This document shows, piece after piece, positions 14,914 through 27,234 of a stretch of DNA of 64,000 nt. The position numbers were made by a program, and so were the translations under genes. Where the stretch lies: NCBI RefSeq assembly GCF_009914755.1, contig NC_060927.1; one strand, written 5' to 3'. The notes beneath the pieces were generated by a model. It saw only the letters and a list, made by a program, of their open reading frames with translations, did no database searches and was not told the origin of the DNA. Origin of the DNA: the human T2T-CHM13v2.0 reference genome, Homo sapiens. Position 1 is the stretch's first letter. Every line of letters starts with the position of its first letter.

Positions 14914-15602
14914 TTAAAACCACGTGGTACTGGAACAGGCCGACTGATGGAGTTGAATGGCAAGTCCAGAAACACACCAAAGTACATATGAGGAGCTAGT
15001 TTTTGAGTGAAGTAGATTCCCAAGTCAAGGAAAAAGATGCAATTTTTTTTTATGTGTTGGTTGAAAATTGCCTTAGTGAAAGTATGGAGGGAGAAAAAAA
15101 TTGTATCTTTGTCTCACCTTATGTAAAAAAATCCAGAGAGATTAAAGACCTAAACGTGAAAGCCAACAGATGAAAATCCAGAGTAACTTTGAGAATGTGG
15201 GGTGGGAAAAGATTTCTTCAAGTTCCAAAAAAAGACCAATTATAATGGAAAAATAGATTGATCTGTCGATGTCAAAATGGGAAAGCACTGAGGATGAGTC
15301 ATTGCTCCCTAAGAATCAGTCTCTATGATTTCATCCCCTGCTCCAAACTTACTCAGGGGCAGTCACAAGGAATGTAGTCTGGCTCTTGCACCTCGGCTCA
15401 CTGGGAGTGAAGGCAGGTGTTGAGATTCAGGCTAAGGGAGGGGCTTCAGGTCCCTAGGCAGGGTAGGAGAATTGAGGTCTCTTATTTTCTTGGACTGAAT
15501 TGTTGCTTTCTTCATGGGGTTCAGACTCATCCATGATGGGGCCTCTTGGTGAGGAGCCTCAAATACAGGTGTGGGCAATCGAGAGAAACCATGACAGCTT
15601 AA

Positions 15603-15991
<389 letters not shown>

Positions 15992-18615
15992 TGAGGCAAG
16001 GGGTGGGCTGGTCATTGATCCCAACCCTGACTGAACTCCAACATCATACCAGGAGCTTGTGAAAAATAAGTTGGTGAGCCCCACCCTTGATATACTCTGA
16101 TTCAGTGGCATGAGGCAGCTCAGGAATCTTCATTTGACTAACTCCCAAGAGTGGCCAGGGTTGGACCCACCAAGCAGGATCACCTTTCGGGGTCGAGAGA
16201 TCAGAACTACTCAGCTCCTGAAGTCACAAAACAACCCGGGCCAAAGGCGTGGGATGGGAAGTGTGATGCTTGGGCTGGAAGGAGGACAGCTACTGGTGAG
16301 GTCAGCAAGTTCCTCTGAGAATGCTCCCTCTTCCCACCTTAGTACTGATTCTGTATTAGAGTGATCTGTTAGTTGCCTGCCTGTGAGTTCCTTGAGGGCA
16401 AGGGCCATGCTTCATTCATTCATTCCACAAATATTTATTAAGACCTTCATATGTTAGAAACAGACTTTAATAGGGGTGAGGCCCAGTCAGCCCTCCTAGA
16501 GCTTCCAGTGTGTAGGGAGGTAGGCAGCAAGACCAGGCAGCTCTAGTAAAGTGTATCAAATGCTGCAATGGAGAACCAGCAGGCTGCCTCACTTATCCCC
16601 AACTTGGGACACCCAGAGAGGCTTCCTGCAAGTGAAGTCTAAGATAGTGACGAACGAATCAATCAAAGGGGAGTAGGGAGGACTGTTTCAGACACACAAA
16701 ATGACACATGCAGGCCTTTGGTAGGAACAGAAAAGGTAAAGGTGGTTGGATTGAAAGGGACCGGTGGGAGTGGGCGATGAGGCCATGACATGAGCTGGGT
16801 CTCCTCTCTAGGCCCATGTGCAGTAATTTCTACTTTAGTACTGGGCAGTGTAATAGGAAGAAACGGAAAGGTCTTGCCTTCCATTTGCCTGGTTCCCAGC
16901 TGAGACCAGACCCAGGGTAGCTGCAGAGAATGTTTGCTGAGCAGGTGGCATCACTCCCACTGAACTGAGCTCCTGCCCACTCTCCCCACAATTCCTTCCC
17001 GCATCGATCTCTTCTATTTCTGTGGGCTGGGCCAGCTGCACCTCTGGGAACCAGGCCGTATTTTCTCTTCCGTACCTGGGAATATAAACTTTTCTGAGTT
17101 AGTATAGGCCACTGCCCAGAGCAAGGGAAACTGAGGCTGGGAGAATAGTATCCCAAGAGAGAATGGGAGAATGGTGTCCCAAGAGTCTCAGAAGCACTGA
17201 ACTCCTCTGACCAATCAAGGCTGTTAAAAACTGTTCCGGGAGAACTGAATTTCTCTGTCCCCTATTTTGGGAATGGCTGTGATCCTGAACGAGTGCTGCA
17301 GGCCAGGGCATGTGTTTGAGTCTTTAGGGCAACCCCAAAGCTGGCTCAGGACCTGGCATTTGGTAGGTGTGCGAACTGCAGGGACACATCTACTTAGTCC
17401 CAGAACAGTGGCCTTTCTGAGCTCCCAGATAGAGGGGGCATGCCTTTTCCCCACCGTGGGTGGTCCCAGGCCCACTCTGAATCTGACCCCAAGCCAGCCT
17501 CATGTTCAGGGGACTTGGGGCATGGCCACAGTGGTGGCTGTGGCTGCTGTTTGGTGAACAGTGTTTTGTGCAGGTACCCTGTACATGTCCACGCTTACTC
17601 CTCTGTAAGAAAACCCCTGGGGGAATGAGAAGCTCAGCAGACAGATGCAGAGACTGAGACTCCTGGAGGGGGATTAAGCACTCTCAGAATTATGTCATGC
17701 ACAGGTCAGCCAACAGGACTGTCCCTCCACTCCACTCACCTTCCACTGTTCCCCCTTCCCACACTGGGGTTCACCCAGCAGGTGGAGCTGGAGTGGTTAG
17801 GGGTTGTGACCCCGTAGTTGGAAGCTATGTGACTATAGGAAAGGCCTAAGGGGAAGGGAGGAGGCTTGGGAGGGGCTTCTGGGAGCCAAGGTGGGCAGAG
17901 GTGGGAGGGGCGCCCCACAGCACCCCACTCCTTAGTTGTCTATGAAAACATCAAGCTGTTAAGTACTTATCACTGGGTGGTAGAATTCCCTAATATTTTT
18001 TCTTTTTGTTTAGGTGATGTTTGCATTTTCTAATTTTTCTACGGAGACTGCATATTGTTTGTGTCATTGAAACGAATAAGGGGGATGGAATTTGCAAGGA
18101 GCAACCTGTGTTATCCTGGGGGTTTCCAGGTTGGGGGTCCTGTGCTTCCCCAGGAGTGGGGATTTACTTGCGTGTGCAAACAAGCAGTTTCCAGCCCTCC
18201 CTTTCCTCCTCGCCTTCCATGTCCTCTCCCACCTCGGCCTCCGCGTGGGACTGGGGTGGAGGGGAGGGGTGAAACCGCGTGGAGTCCTGTCCTGCCCGCC
18301 ACCGCGTGCCCAGAAACGCCCACGCGAGCCTTGGAGCTGGGCTGCACTGCGGAATCGGTGCCAGCTCGTTGTCTGTTTATTTGCTGCCTGCTCCACTGGA
18401 TAGTGCGCTATTTGAGGGCAGGACCAGTTCCGAGTTGCCAGGGCTGGACGCCGAGTGGGTGCGGAGAGCGCACCTGTGACCGACGTGGAGGCGGCGGGGA
18501 GGAAGGGTTGAGGTGCAGCGCGTGGGCGGAATGGGAAGCCCGCCAGGCTGGCTTGCTTGGTTCCCAGCGGGTGTGCGGCTTCTAGTCTAACTTCCCCTCG
18601 GGGCTTCTTTCCTAG

Positions 18616-18657
18616 ATCCACTTCCCGGACGTGGAGCGGGTCGAGTGGGCCAACAAG
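18616..18657 (+). CDS. ESYT3: ESYT3 exon 2 (IHFPDVERVEWANK, SMP start)
   Basis: ttctttcctag|ATC...AAG|gtaagg; 42 nt, phase 0. Confidence 0.96.
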
Positions 18658-19427
18658 GTAAGGCCGCTGGCAGGGCCTAGCAGGGCGGGACGCATGCCAG
18701 CCTCGTCCTCCCCGCGGCTGTCACCCCCACAGCCTGATGGGGGCCTCGCGGCAATTTCCTTGCCTGACGCGGGCAGGGATGCTCCCTTTCCCTCTTCTTT
18801 CACCAGAATGGCTCGCTTTTGTTAACAACAACAAATTGAAATTAATACGTGGTCACAGCAGAAAAATTAGAAAATACAGAGAAGTATAGAGAAAAGTACA
18901 ATCCCCACTAGCTCACCAGGCCAGGAGCTGTACTTTCCTAGGGAGAGGAAGACATTAATTAGACAACAGCTTCTGGACACTGCCTGGTTTCCTGCCTAGA
19001 TCCAACAGCATTTCTGTGCAGTCTTGGGCAGACTGCCTAACACCTCTGAGCTGGCTTCCTTATCCGTAAAATGGGAATAATTAGAGTCCTTGCCCTGGCT
19101 CGATTCACTGACATCACTACTGTAATTGCTGTTAGGTCACCCCTGGGAACTCCCCTTGGGCTCTGCTGCCAGATGTCCCAAGGAGGCTCCTGCTGGATGA
19201 TGACCCTTGGCCGAGCCCTCCCCAGCAGGAATCCCGACTTCATGGAGGATGAACTGGAGGCCTGCCCCTCCCTGATCTGCCCAGACCTGTCCCTAACTGT
19301 GAGGGCTCCACGGCAGTCCCCAGCTCAAATCTCCTGACTGAGGAATGTTTCTAATACAAACCTTGCCTCTGGGAGGAGGCTTAGCCCGTAGCAGGAATGA
19401 CTTAGGTTAGGTATAAGAAAGGACTTC

Positions 19428-20631
19428 CTGATGGATGTTGATCCAAGATTGCTGTTTTCACATTACCAGACGTGTCATTGCTGAGTGCATCAAAAAGCAT
19501 TCCCTAGCCGGGCATGGTAGCACACACCAGGGTCACAACTCCTTGAGAGGCTGAGGCAGGAGGATCGTTTCAGCCTAGGAGTTCAAGGCCAGCTTGAGCA
19601 ACATAGCAAGACTCCATCTCAAAAACAACAGTAACAGCAAAAGAACAGAGAACATTCTCAGCCTCTGGGTAAATTTGGAAGAAGCAGGTTGCTGCTTTAA
19701 GAGGAGTGACTGGGTTTCTGGGGATTCATGCAGGACCCAGTGCCTCTGGGCAAACCTTGTAGAGTTCCTCCTGCACTGTGTTAGCTGGTTCATGCACCTC
19801 TGCCTGCGTTACATCTTTCTTTCAGTAATACACAGAGGCCTATACAAGGCGTTGGAGATATAAGACTGTTGGGATATGAGGCTCCCACCTTCATCTTGGA
19901 TGGGGAGACAGAGACAGTTGTGTAGGTAAACCACATACTAGGGCACCGAGTGTGTCCTAACAAGCTTTAAACTCAGGAGGCACTTGGCCAGTGACAAACC
20001 AGCAAGACAGGAAGATGAGACCAGACCCAAGAAAGTAGAACCTGGGGTTTGGAGAGGCCTTTGAGAGAGATGGGAACAATGAGCCCTAAAATCTCACAGC
20101 CTTTAGGCTCCTCCAATGATGGCTTTGGAAGGGGCACATGGAGGAAGGAAATGCATATTTAAACTGAAGCCCAAGCCCACAGGAAAGATACAGTCTTGTA
20201 TCTCCAACGCCTTGTGTAGGCCTCTGTGTATTACTGAAAGAAAGATGTAACGCAGGCAGAGGTGCATGAACCAGCTAACACAGTGCAGGAGGAACTCTAC
20301 AAGGTTTGCCCAGAGGCGCTGGGTCCTGCATGAATCCCCAGAAACCCAGTCACTCCTCTTAAAGCAGCAACCTGCTTCTTCCAAATTTACCCAGAGGCTG
20401 AGAATGTTCTCTGTTCTTTTGCTGTTACTGTTGTTTTTGAGATGGAGTCTTGCTTTGTTGCCCAAGCTGGCCTTGAATTCCTAGGCTGAAACGATCCTCC
20501 TGCCTCAGCCTCCCAAGGAGTTGTGACCCCGCTGTGTGCTACCATGCCTGGCTAGGGAATGCTTTTTGATGCACTCAGCAATGACACGTCTGGTAATGTG
20601 AAAATAGCAATCTTGGATCAACATCCATCAG
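19428..20631. repeat. Long inverted repeat: 442-bp arms (19428-19869, 20190-20631), 320-bp spacer
   Basis: Base-by-base reverse-complement comparison gave 11 substitutions and no indels; mirrored ORFs 19594+/20103- and 19575-/20266+ in the track confirm it. Confidence 0.97.
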
Positions 20632-21140
20632 CTCGGGTAACAGGGGGACCCTATCGCTACAAAAACATTAAAATGCGTGGTGGTGCACGCATGTAGTCCC
20701 AGCCACCCAGGAGGCTGTGGTGGGAAATCACCTAAGCCTGGGAGGTTGAGGCTGCAGTGAGCTGTAATCATGCCACTGCACTCCAGCCTGGGCGACAGAG
20801 TGAGACCTTGTCTTAAAAAAGAAGGCCAGGTGCTGTGGCTCACACCTGTAATCCCAGCACTTTGAGAGGCCAAGGCGGACAGATCACTTGAGGCCAGGAG
20901 TTCAAGACCAGTCTGGGCAACATGGTGAAACCCTGTCTCTAACTAAAAATAAAAAAAAAATTAAAAATTAAAAAAATTCACTGGGTGTGGTGGCAGGTAC
21001 CTGTAATCTCAGCTACTTGGGAGGCTGAGGCAGGACAATCACTTGAACCAGGAGGTGGAGGTTGCAGTGAGCCGAGGTCGTGCCATTGCACTCCAGCCTG
21101 GGCAACAAGAGCGAAACTCCGTTTGAGAAAAAAGAAAAAG
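20632..21140 (+). mobile_element. 5'-truncated AluJ (20632-20820) followed by full Alu (20824-21140)
   Basis: First element starts near the end of the left monomer exactly at the inverted-repeat boundary; second is a full dimer. Confidence 0.88.
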
Positions 21141-21761
21141 AAGATGGAGAAGCCTTGCCCCAAACAGAAAGTACCTGCTGGCTGGCCCGCCCTCCATTCC
21201 CCTCTGATTTCCACCATCCTCCCCTGTCTCTGCCATCTTCCTTCTCCCCAGGTCCTGCACTTCATTCCCAAATCAGCACAGTGAGTCATTCTGCTGCAGA
21301 AATCGGGCAAAGGCTGCCTTTTCTGATTGCTAGAAAATGAAATCCACAGGAAACAATTTAACTTTCTCTTCTGTAATTTTTTTCTTAAACTTCTGGCATC
21401 TGCTACTTTTTGTTTAAACCACAGTGTAGAATGAGATTATGTTTTAGCACAGAACTAAAGGGCTTTCTAATAATAAATGTAGTGAATGAGTATTTCTTGG
21501 TGCTCTGCGGAATAGCACCAAATCTTGGGGTCCTGCTGCCTGCATGACAGTGGGAACCACGGCTGTAGTTATCAGATGTTTGACGGACAGACAGATGAAC
21601 AGGTGAGCAGATGGGTGGGCAGGCAAGCAGGTGAGTGCTGCAGCATAGGAACCCCCACCCCAAGACCAGGCTGCAGAGAATCAGGACCTTGTCCCATGCA
21701 GCTGTGGGTCTGCAGTGGGGGTACAGACCTGACTACCAAGAGCCTCTTCCCGTCTTCACAG

Positions 21762-21896
21762 ATCATCTCTCAGACCTGGCCCTACCTAAGCATGATCATG
21801 GAAAGCAAGTTCCGGGAGAAACTTGAGCCCAAGATCCGAGAGAAGAGCATCCACCTGAGGACCTTTACCTTTACCAAGCTCTACTTTGGACAGAAG
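21762..21896 (+). CDS. ESYT3: ESYT3 exon 3 (SMP)
   Basis: cttcacag|ATC...AAG|gtgggt; IISQTWPY...LYFGQK, 135 nt. Confidence 0.96.
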
Positions 21897-23096
21897 GTGG
21901 GTGTGTCTCGGGAGGGTCAGCCTGGACTGGCTGTGCAGTCTTCTCTCTGTTCCCTCTCCTCCCACCTTTCTCCCACCCAGGTCAGTCATATGACTGCAGA
22001 GATCCCACTGGACCTTACAGGGGGACACCCTCCCGCCACCACCTGCATTTCCCAGCCTGTCAGCCTCAGTAGACACCCTTCCCCCACATCCCTGTACCAT
22101 CATCTCCCCAGGTTCCAAGGAAGCCTGGCTCAGAGGGAACAGAAAGGAGAGGTGGGAGATATTTCCACTTTTCTTAAGGAAAACTTTGAAGACACGCCAT
22201 GGTGGTAGCCAGACAGATACAAAGATGGAAATCATAGTTGCTAACCTCAGAGCCGGTGAACACACGCTCACAGTTTGGATAGTCAGTGCCGCCTAGCGCT
22301 TTATATTCTCCACTAATTGGCTGTTATGGCACTCAGTGTTACAAGTCCATGCTAGTTCTGTGAAGATCAGCAGGTGTCCCAGGATGAAATGGTCTGTGGC
22401 CAATGAAGTTTGTGTCAGCACACCTAATGTCATGGTCCCTGTTCTAGACTGGGCTTCCTGTTTCAGCCTTGGTGCCCTACGCCTCCTGCCTCGAAGTGCC
22501 CCTAGTGACTTGAATCTTTTGATCATCCAAAATGTATCCCTCAGCCAGAGACCACTGTGACCCAGTAAATGAGAGGCACTGGCATCCGGTCTTCCCAGCA
22601 ACGAGCAGGTGTCCAAGTATAGGCCAGCCTGCTGAGAGAGCTGTCTGCCAGCCCTTCCTGGCTAGCCCCTGGGCAGGGGTGGATTAGGCAGGCCTGAGCC
22701 CTGGAGATTGGGATTTCTGCCATTCAAACTGGCTTGTGCCAGCATCTGTTGGTTCATGCATTCATTTCTTGTTTCATTCACCTGTGACTTATTGAGCACG
22801 TGCTGTGTGCTGGGCATCATAGAGTTGGGTGTGGCTGCACCCCTTCCTGTGGGAGGAACACATCAACTGGTGGATGACAACGTGGCAGTATCTGCGTGCA
22901 TGATGGCAGAGGAATGCAAGTTCAGAAATGGAGGGGTGGAGGGGCTGTGGGAGTCAGGGAAGACTTCCAGGAAAAGGTGATGGCTCAGTTGGCTTTTGAA
23001 GAATTCAGCAGGCTAGGAGCCAAGAAGCTTGCAGGGTGCTGTGTTCACAGCAGAGCCTGCTCAGTCAGGCTGCTCCTCTGGTGGTTGTGTCTATGC

Positions 23097-23393
23097 CAGA
23101 GGTCCCCAACTCTCGGTACCAGGCTACACACCAGGAGGTCAGCAGCCGGGAGCTGCCGGAGCTCCGCCTCCTGTCAGATCAGCAGCGGCATTAAATTCTT
23201 ATAGGAGCACAAACCCTGTGTGAACTGCGCATGTGAGGGATCTAGGTTGCATGTTCCTTATGAGAAGCTAATGCCTGATGATCTGAGGTGGAAAAGTTTC
23301 ATCCCAAAACCATTTCCCACCCCACCCCCGGTCTGTGGGAAAATTGTCTTCCAAGAAACTGGTCCCTGGTGGCAAAAAGATTGGGGACCGTTG
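23097..23393 (+). mobile_element. MER1B (hAT-Charlie MITE)
   Basis: TIRs cagaggtccccaa / ttggggaccgttg, 8-bp TSD gtctatgc/gtctatgg, internal ctccgcctcctgtcagatcagcagcggcatta. Confidence 0.88.
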
Positions 23394-24135
23394 GTCTATG
23401 GGATGTAGCACTGCTGGCAAGCAATCCTAAGAAATGATATTTACCATATCAGAAGAACCTGGAGGGGGAAGCTGCAGGCTGAACAGATGTCCCAGCCCTG
23501 CAGGAGAAACACCTGCCTCCTGATCCTGGCATTCAGCACTCTTCATGTCCTGGCCACCCCCCTCCCTCTGCTCTCCCATTCCCATGTCCCCTCCTGACCA
23601 TCGTGGGGTCACAGAGGACTCCTCACACGACCCTCCTGGGCTTGGCCAGGACCTAGTGCGCTCACCACACCCCCTTTCTTCACACACCCATGAACATTTA
23701 AAAAAATGTTTTTCAGCTGCCATAAGCATTCATTCACCCCTGTGAGTATTGCCAGCTTCCTCCAGTTCCTGTGCCTATGCCCAGCTCCACCCTGTGCTGT
23801 GGGGCCAGTGACTTGACTTCTGTAAGCTCCAGTTTCCTCACGTGTAAAGGGAAAGGACCCACTTCCAGAGTTTGCTATGGGGCATGAACAACAGGCCTGG
23901 CCTCAGGGCCACTCTGTGTGGCTGTGTGAGTAGGGGCAGGAAGGGAGAGAAAGGAGGGGGCACATTCTAGGGAGGGAAGTCTCTGGGCTGCAGGATAGAT
24001 TTACATGTCTGTGCCTCGTCTTGGAAGTATGGTGGTCATGCTCGTTGCTGACAAAGCCCAGTGCCGGGGGGAGAGCTGGCAGCTGTCCCCTGCTACAAGA
24101 AGCCTCTGACCTAGCCCTTTTGGCATTTCTTCCAG

Positions 24136-24212
24136 TGTCCCAGGGTCAACGGTGTCAAGGCACACACTAATACGTGCAACCGAAGACGTGTGACTGTGGA
24201 CCTGCAGATCTG
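24136..24212 (+). CDS. ESYT3: ESYT3 exon 4 (SMP)
   Basis: ttcttccag|TGT...TG|gtgagc; CPRVNGVKAH...VDLQI, 77 nt. Confidence 0.95.
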
Positions 24213-25754
24213 GTGAGCTCTATCGGGCTGGGTATGGGCTTCGGGGTGCAGGGGACACAGTGGGAACAGCCAGTTTGAAGATGGAGTAGTATATATATAC
24301 TCTGACTTGGGATGTGGAACCCCTCACAGGACCCTCCCCTCCTCCCAGCTTCTCCCATCCCCTGGCATACTCTGGGTTCCAAGGCCCAGGCAGCAGAGCT
24401 TTCTTGGAAGGCTAGACCTGGGTCACTTGGAGAGTCAGACCAGCTGCCTCAGAGAGGATGTGTCTAGTGGGAGCAAGTGTGATAAGAAGATGTGAAGTCC
24501 ATTGGTGAGGCCCAGGGAGTTCCAAGCACAGGCTGTGAGAGGTCAGCTGGAGACCTGGGCTCTGCGGCACCTCAGGAAAATAGAGAATGCAAAGACACAT
24601 AAGTGACTAGTTCAGGGGGTTGGGCAAGGATATCTCTTTGAAATGAGGTTCATAATGGGCGTGAGTCAGGAAGGAGGGAGATTCAGTCCAGGAAGCCTTC
24701 CTGGAAGTGGCAAGATTTGAATTGCACTTTAAAAGACAAAGGACCAACTCCTGAGGATCCAGAGTGTTGCCATTCCTTTCCCATGTCTCATTCTGCCCTT
24801 AGCCTAGAGGCTGGCACTGACAGCATGTTGGGAAGATAGGAGCTGGTTCTTCGGACCACCCATCCCCATTTAGGGGCTGGTCCCAAGTGGGTTGGGATGG
24901 TGACAGGCTATCAGGTGCTCCCAGCCCCTGGGGCGCTGCCACAAGGTCCTTGTAGGAATAGTCAGGGCACATCGAGGTTGTGTGGCGCACTCAGCTGCCC
25001 AGGCAGCCCCCGGGGTCCCCATCTTCCCCGTCTGGCTCACCCCTGCCCTTTCAAGAGGCACTCGGTTTTTGCGATTTGTGACATTGGGCTCCTCTGCCTG
25101 TGCCCTGCACATGTGTGCTGGCTGCCCCTCTCCCTTCCCTGAGTCTCCTTCAGTGCTTTCACAGGATCTGCTGATCTTTACCCTCAAGGGCACCCATTCT
25201 GGGCTCCCTGTGCCCATCACCTGGCGAGAGCCACTGGGTGGACTTGGGCTTCTGTGCTGAAGCCTGACGCCTTGTTACCTTTGCCCACCTTCACCAGCCC
25301 CAGCAGCACCTGGGATGTAAGCAGTGGGGGCTGCTTCTGTGTCCCCATGAAAGACACCTGGGCAGAGATGGGACAGGGGGACAGCAGGGGTGGAAAGGTG
25401 GGCAGCGTGTTTACCAAGAGCCCCTCCTTTTCATCTTCAGGGTATCGTGGGGTGAGGTGAGTGCCTGGAATCACTGCTCTCATGGTCAGGGATGAGGATA
25501 TGCCTGGGATACCTGAATGCAGGGACCCACAGGGGCTGCCTCCTGGGGTCTGGGCTTGGATCAGGGTCTGGGTCAGGTCTGAGCAGAGCTGAGAAAGGCT
25601 GAGGCTACTAGGCCATGTGCCCAGTGCATAGAGCTCAGGGTCGGCAACTGGCTGCCTGGGCTCCGGCTGTGTGACACTGGGCAAGTTTCCCAACCTTTCT
25701 GAGCAAGTGGACCTACCCCTCCTCCCCACCTTCCTTTTCCACCCCCCATTTCAG

Positions 25755-25821
25755 CTACATCGGGGACTGTGAGATCAGTGTGGAGCTGCAGAAGATTCAG
25801 GCTGGTGTGAACGGGATCCAG
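25755..25821 (+). CDS. ESYT3: ESYT3 exon 5 (SMP)
   Basis: atttcag|C TAC...CAG|gtgggt; YIGDCEISVELQKIQAGVNGIQ, 67 nt. Confidence 0.95.
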
Positions 25822-26512
25822 GTGGGTGAAGCCCGGTGGGGCTGCCTCTGTTCCAGCCCCCAGGGTGGGGATCAGGGAAGGGGAAGCCAGGTCATGCCAG
25901 AGTAGGCCGCAGAAGGTGGTGGCAACACTAAACACAGAGGATGGTGACTACGGAGGAGCTGTAGGCCTGAGGTCACATGGCCAGGAAGTGGTGGCTGGGC
26001 TTCACCAACCCACTACTGTGCTCTAGAGACCCCAGCCTCATCTGACTGCAAAGGCCCTGGGAGAGGCTTTGGCTGCCTGGCGAGGAGAGAGATGGTGTTC
26101 ATGGAGCGATGGAAAGCCATTGCTTAGAGACTGAGGTGGACCCAGGAGGTGAAAATAACTCTCGGCAGGAGTAGAAGAGCTGATTTGGGCCTGGAAATCA
26201 TTCCTGGGTTCCTGCTGGCTGGGCCAGCCCAAAACTTGGCAAAGGCTATAGGTCTCTCAGGCCAGCACACCCGTGGAAGGCAGTGGGGCCAGCTCAGGGC
26301 CCCTTGGTAGCTGGCAAGAGGTGGCAGCTGTGTCCAGGCCTCAGCACCTTAAGTACGGTTCCTGCTGTGAGAGCAGGCAGCTTGGGGCAGGTGGCCCTGA
26401 CATGTGGGGCAGCGTGGGCATGAAATGAGGCAGCAGATGGCCTCAGCTGAGCCCAGCAGGCATGGGGAGAAAGTAGGCCTGGGCCCCTCACGGGCCCTCT
26501 GTGCCTATCCAG

Positions 26513-26602
26513 TTGCAGGGCACCCTGCGGGTCATCCTGGAGCCCCTCCTAGTGGACAAGCCCTTTGTGGGAGCCGTGACTGTGTTCTTCCTTCAGAAGC
26601 CG
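26513..26602 (+). CDS. ESYT3: ESYT3 exon 6 (SMP)
   Basis: tatccag|TTG...CCG|gtgagt; LQGTLRVILEP...FFLQKP, 90 nt. Confidence 0.95.
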
Positions 26603-27178
26603 GTGAGTCCCAAGGACTGCGGTAAGCCTGCTGCTCCCTGGGAGTAGGCACTGGTCTGCTGGGCCCTAGACATTGGGTTTGAGTCCAAGAATGGACATTG
26701 TCCCAGCCCACTGAGACCTGGGCAGTCACACTCCTTATCTCATTTAATCCTTAAGACAGCTCGAGTTAGACTCTGCCCTCCCTAAGATGAGGCAGCTAAG
26801 CTCAGAGAAGGTCACACAGATGGTCTGAATTGGAGCCGAGGCTCAAACTCAGAGCTTTCAAAGTCCAGGCCAGCCTGTGGCCATGTGGACGATCCTACTC
26901 CTGTAGGGGTTCTGCCTGGGAAGCAGCAGGTTCCACAGCCCCTGCCCCATCCTGAGCTGAGGCCTGGGCCCTCGATACCGCTAGATGCCTGAGCTGGGCT
27001 GGGGGGTGGCCTCGCCTGCCTGACACCCTGGCAGAGGGTGCTCTGCCTGCTTTCCTCCGAACCCCCACCCTGGAAGGCTGGGTTCTCCATTCACATGGGT
27101 GTGAGGCTCTTGGCAGGGGGTTCTCAGCCCTGGGCTCCCAACCCTTTCCAGCCTAATAGCTTCCCTCTGCCCCTGAAG

Positions 27179-27234
27179 CACCTACAGATCAACTGGACTG
27201 GCCTGACCAACCTGCTGGATGCGCCGGGAATCAA
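27179..27234 (+). CDS. ESYT3: ESYT3 exon 7 (SMP)
   Basis: cccctgaag|CAC...AA|gtaggt; HLQINWTGLTNLLDAPGI, 56 nt. Confidence 0.92.

Noticed and set aside
19575-20484. Pairs of near-identical ORFs on opposite strands suggesting a duplicated small gene
   Set aside because: By-product of the inverted repeat; partly Alu-derived, no coding signature.
21525-22208. 227-aa ORF
   Set aside because: Only ESYT3 exon 3 plus stop-free intronic flanks; starts at a non-ATG codon.
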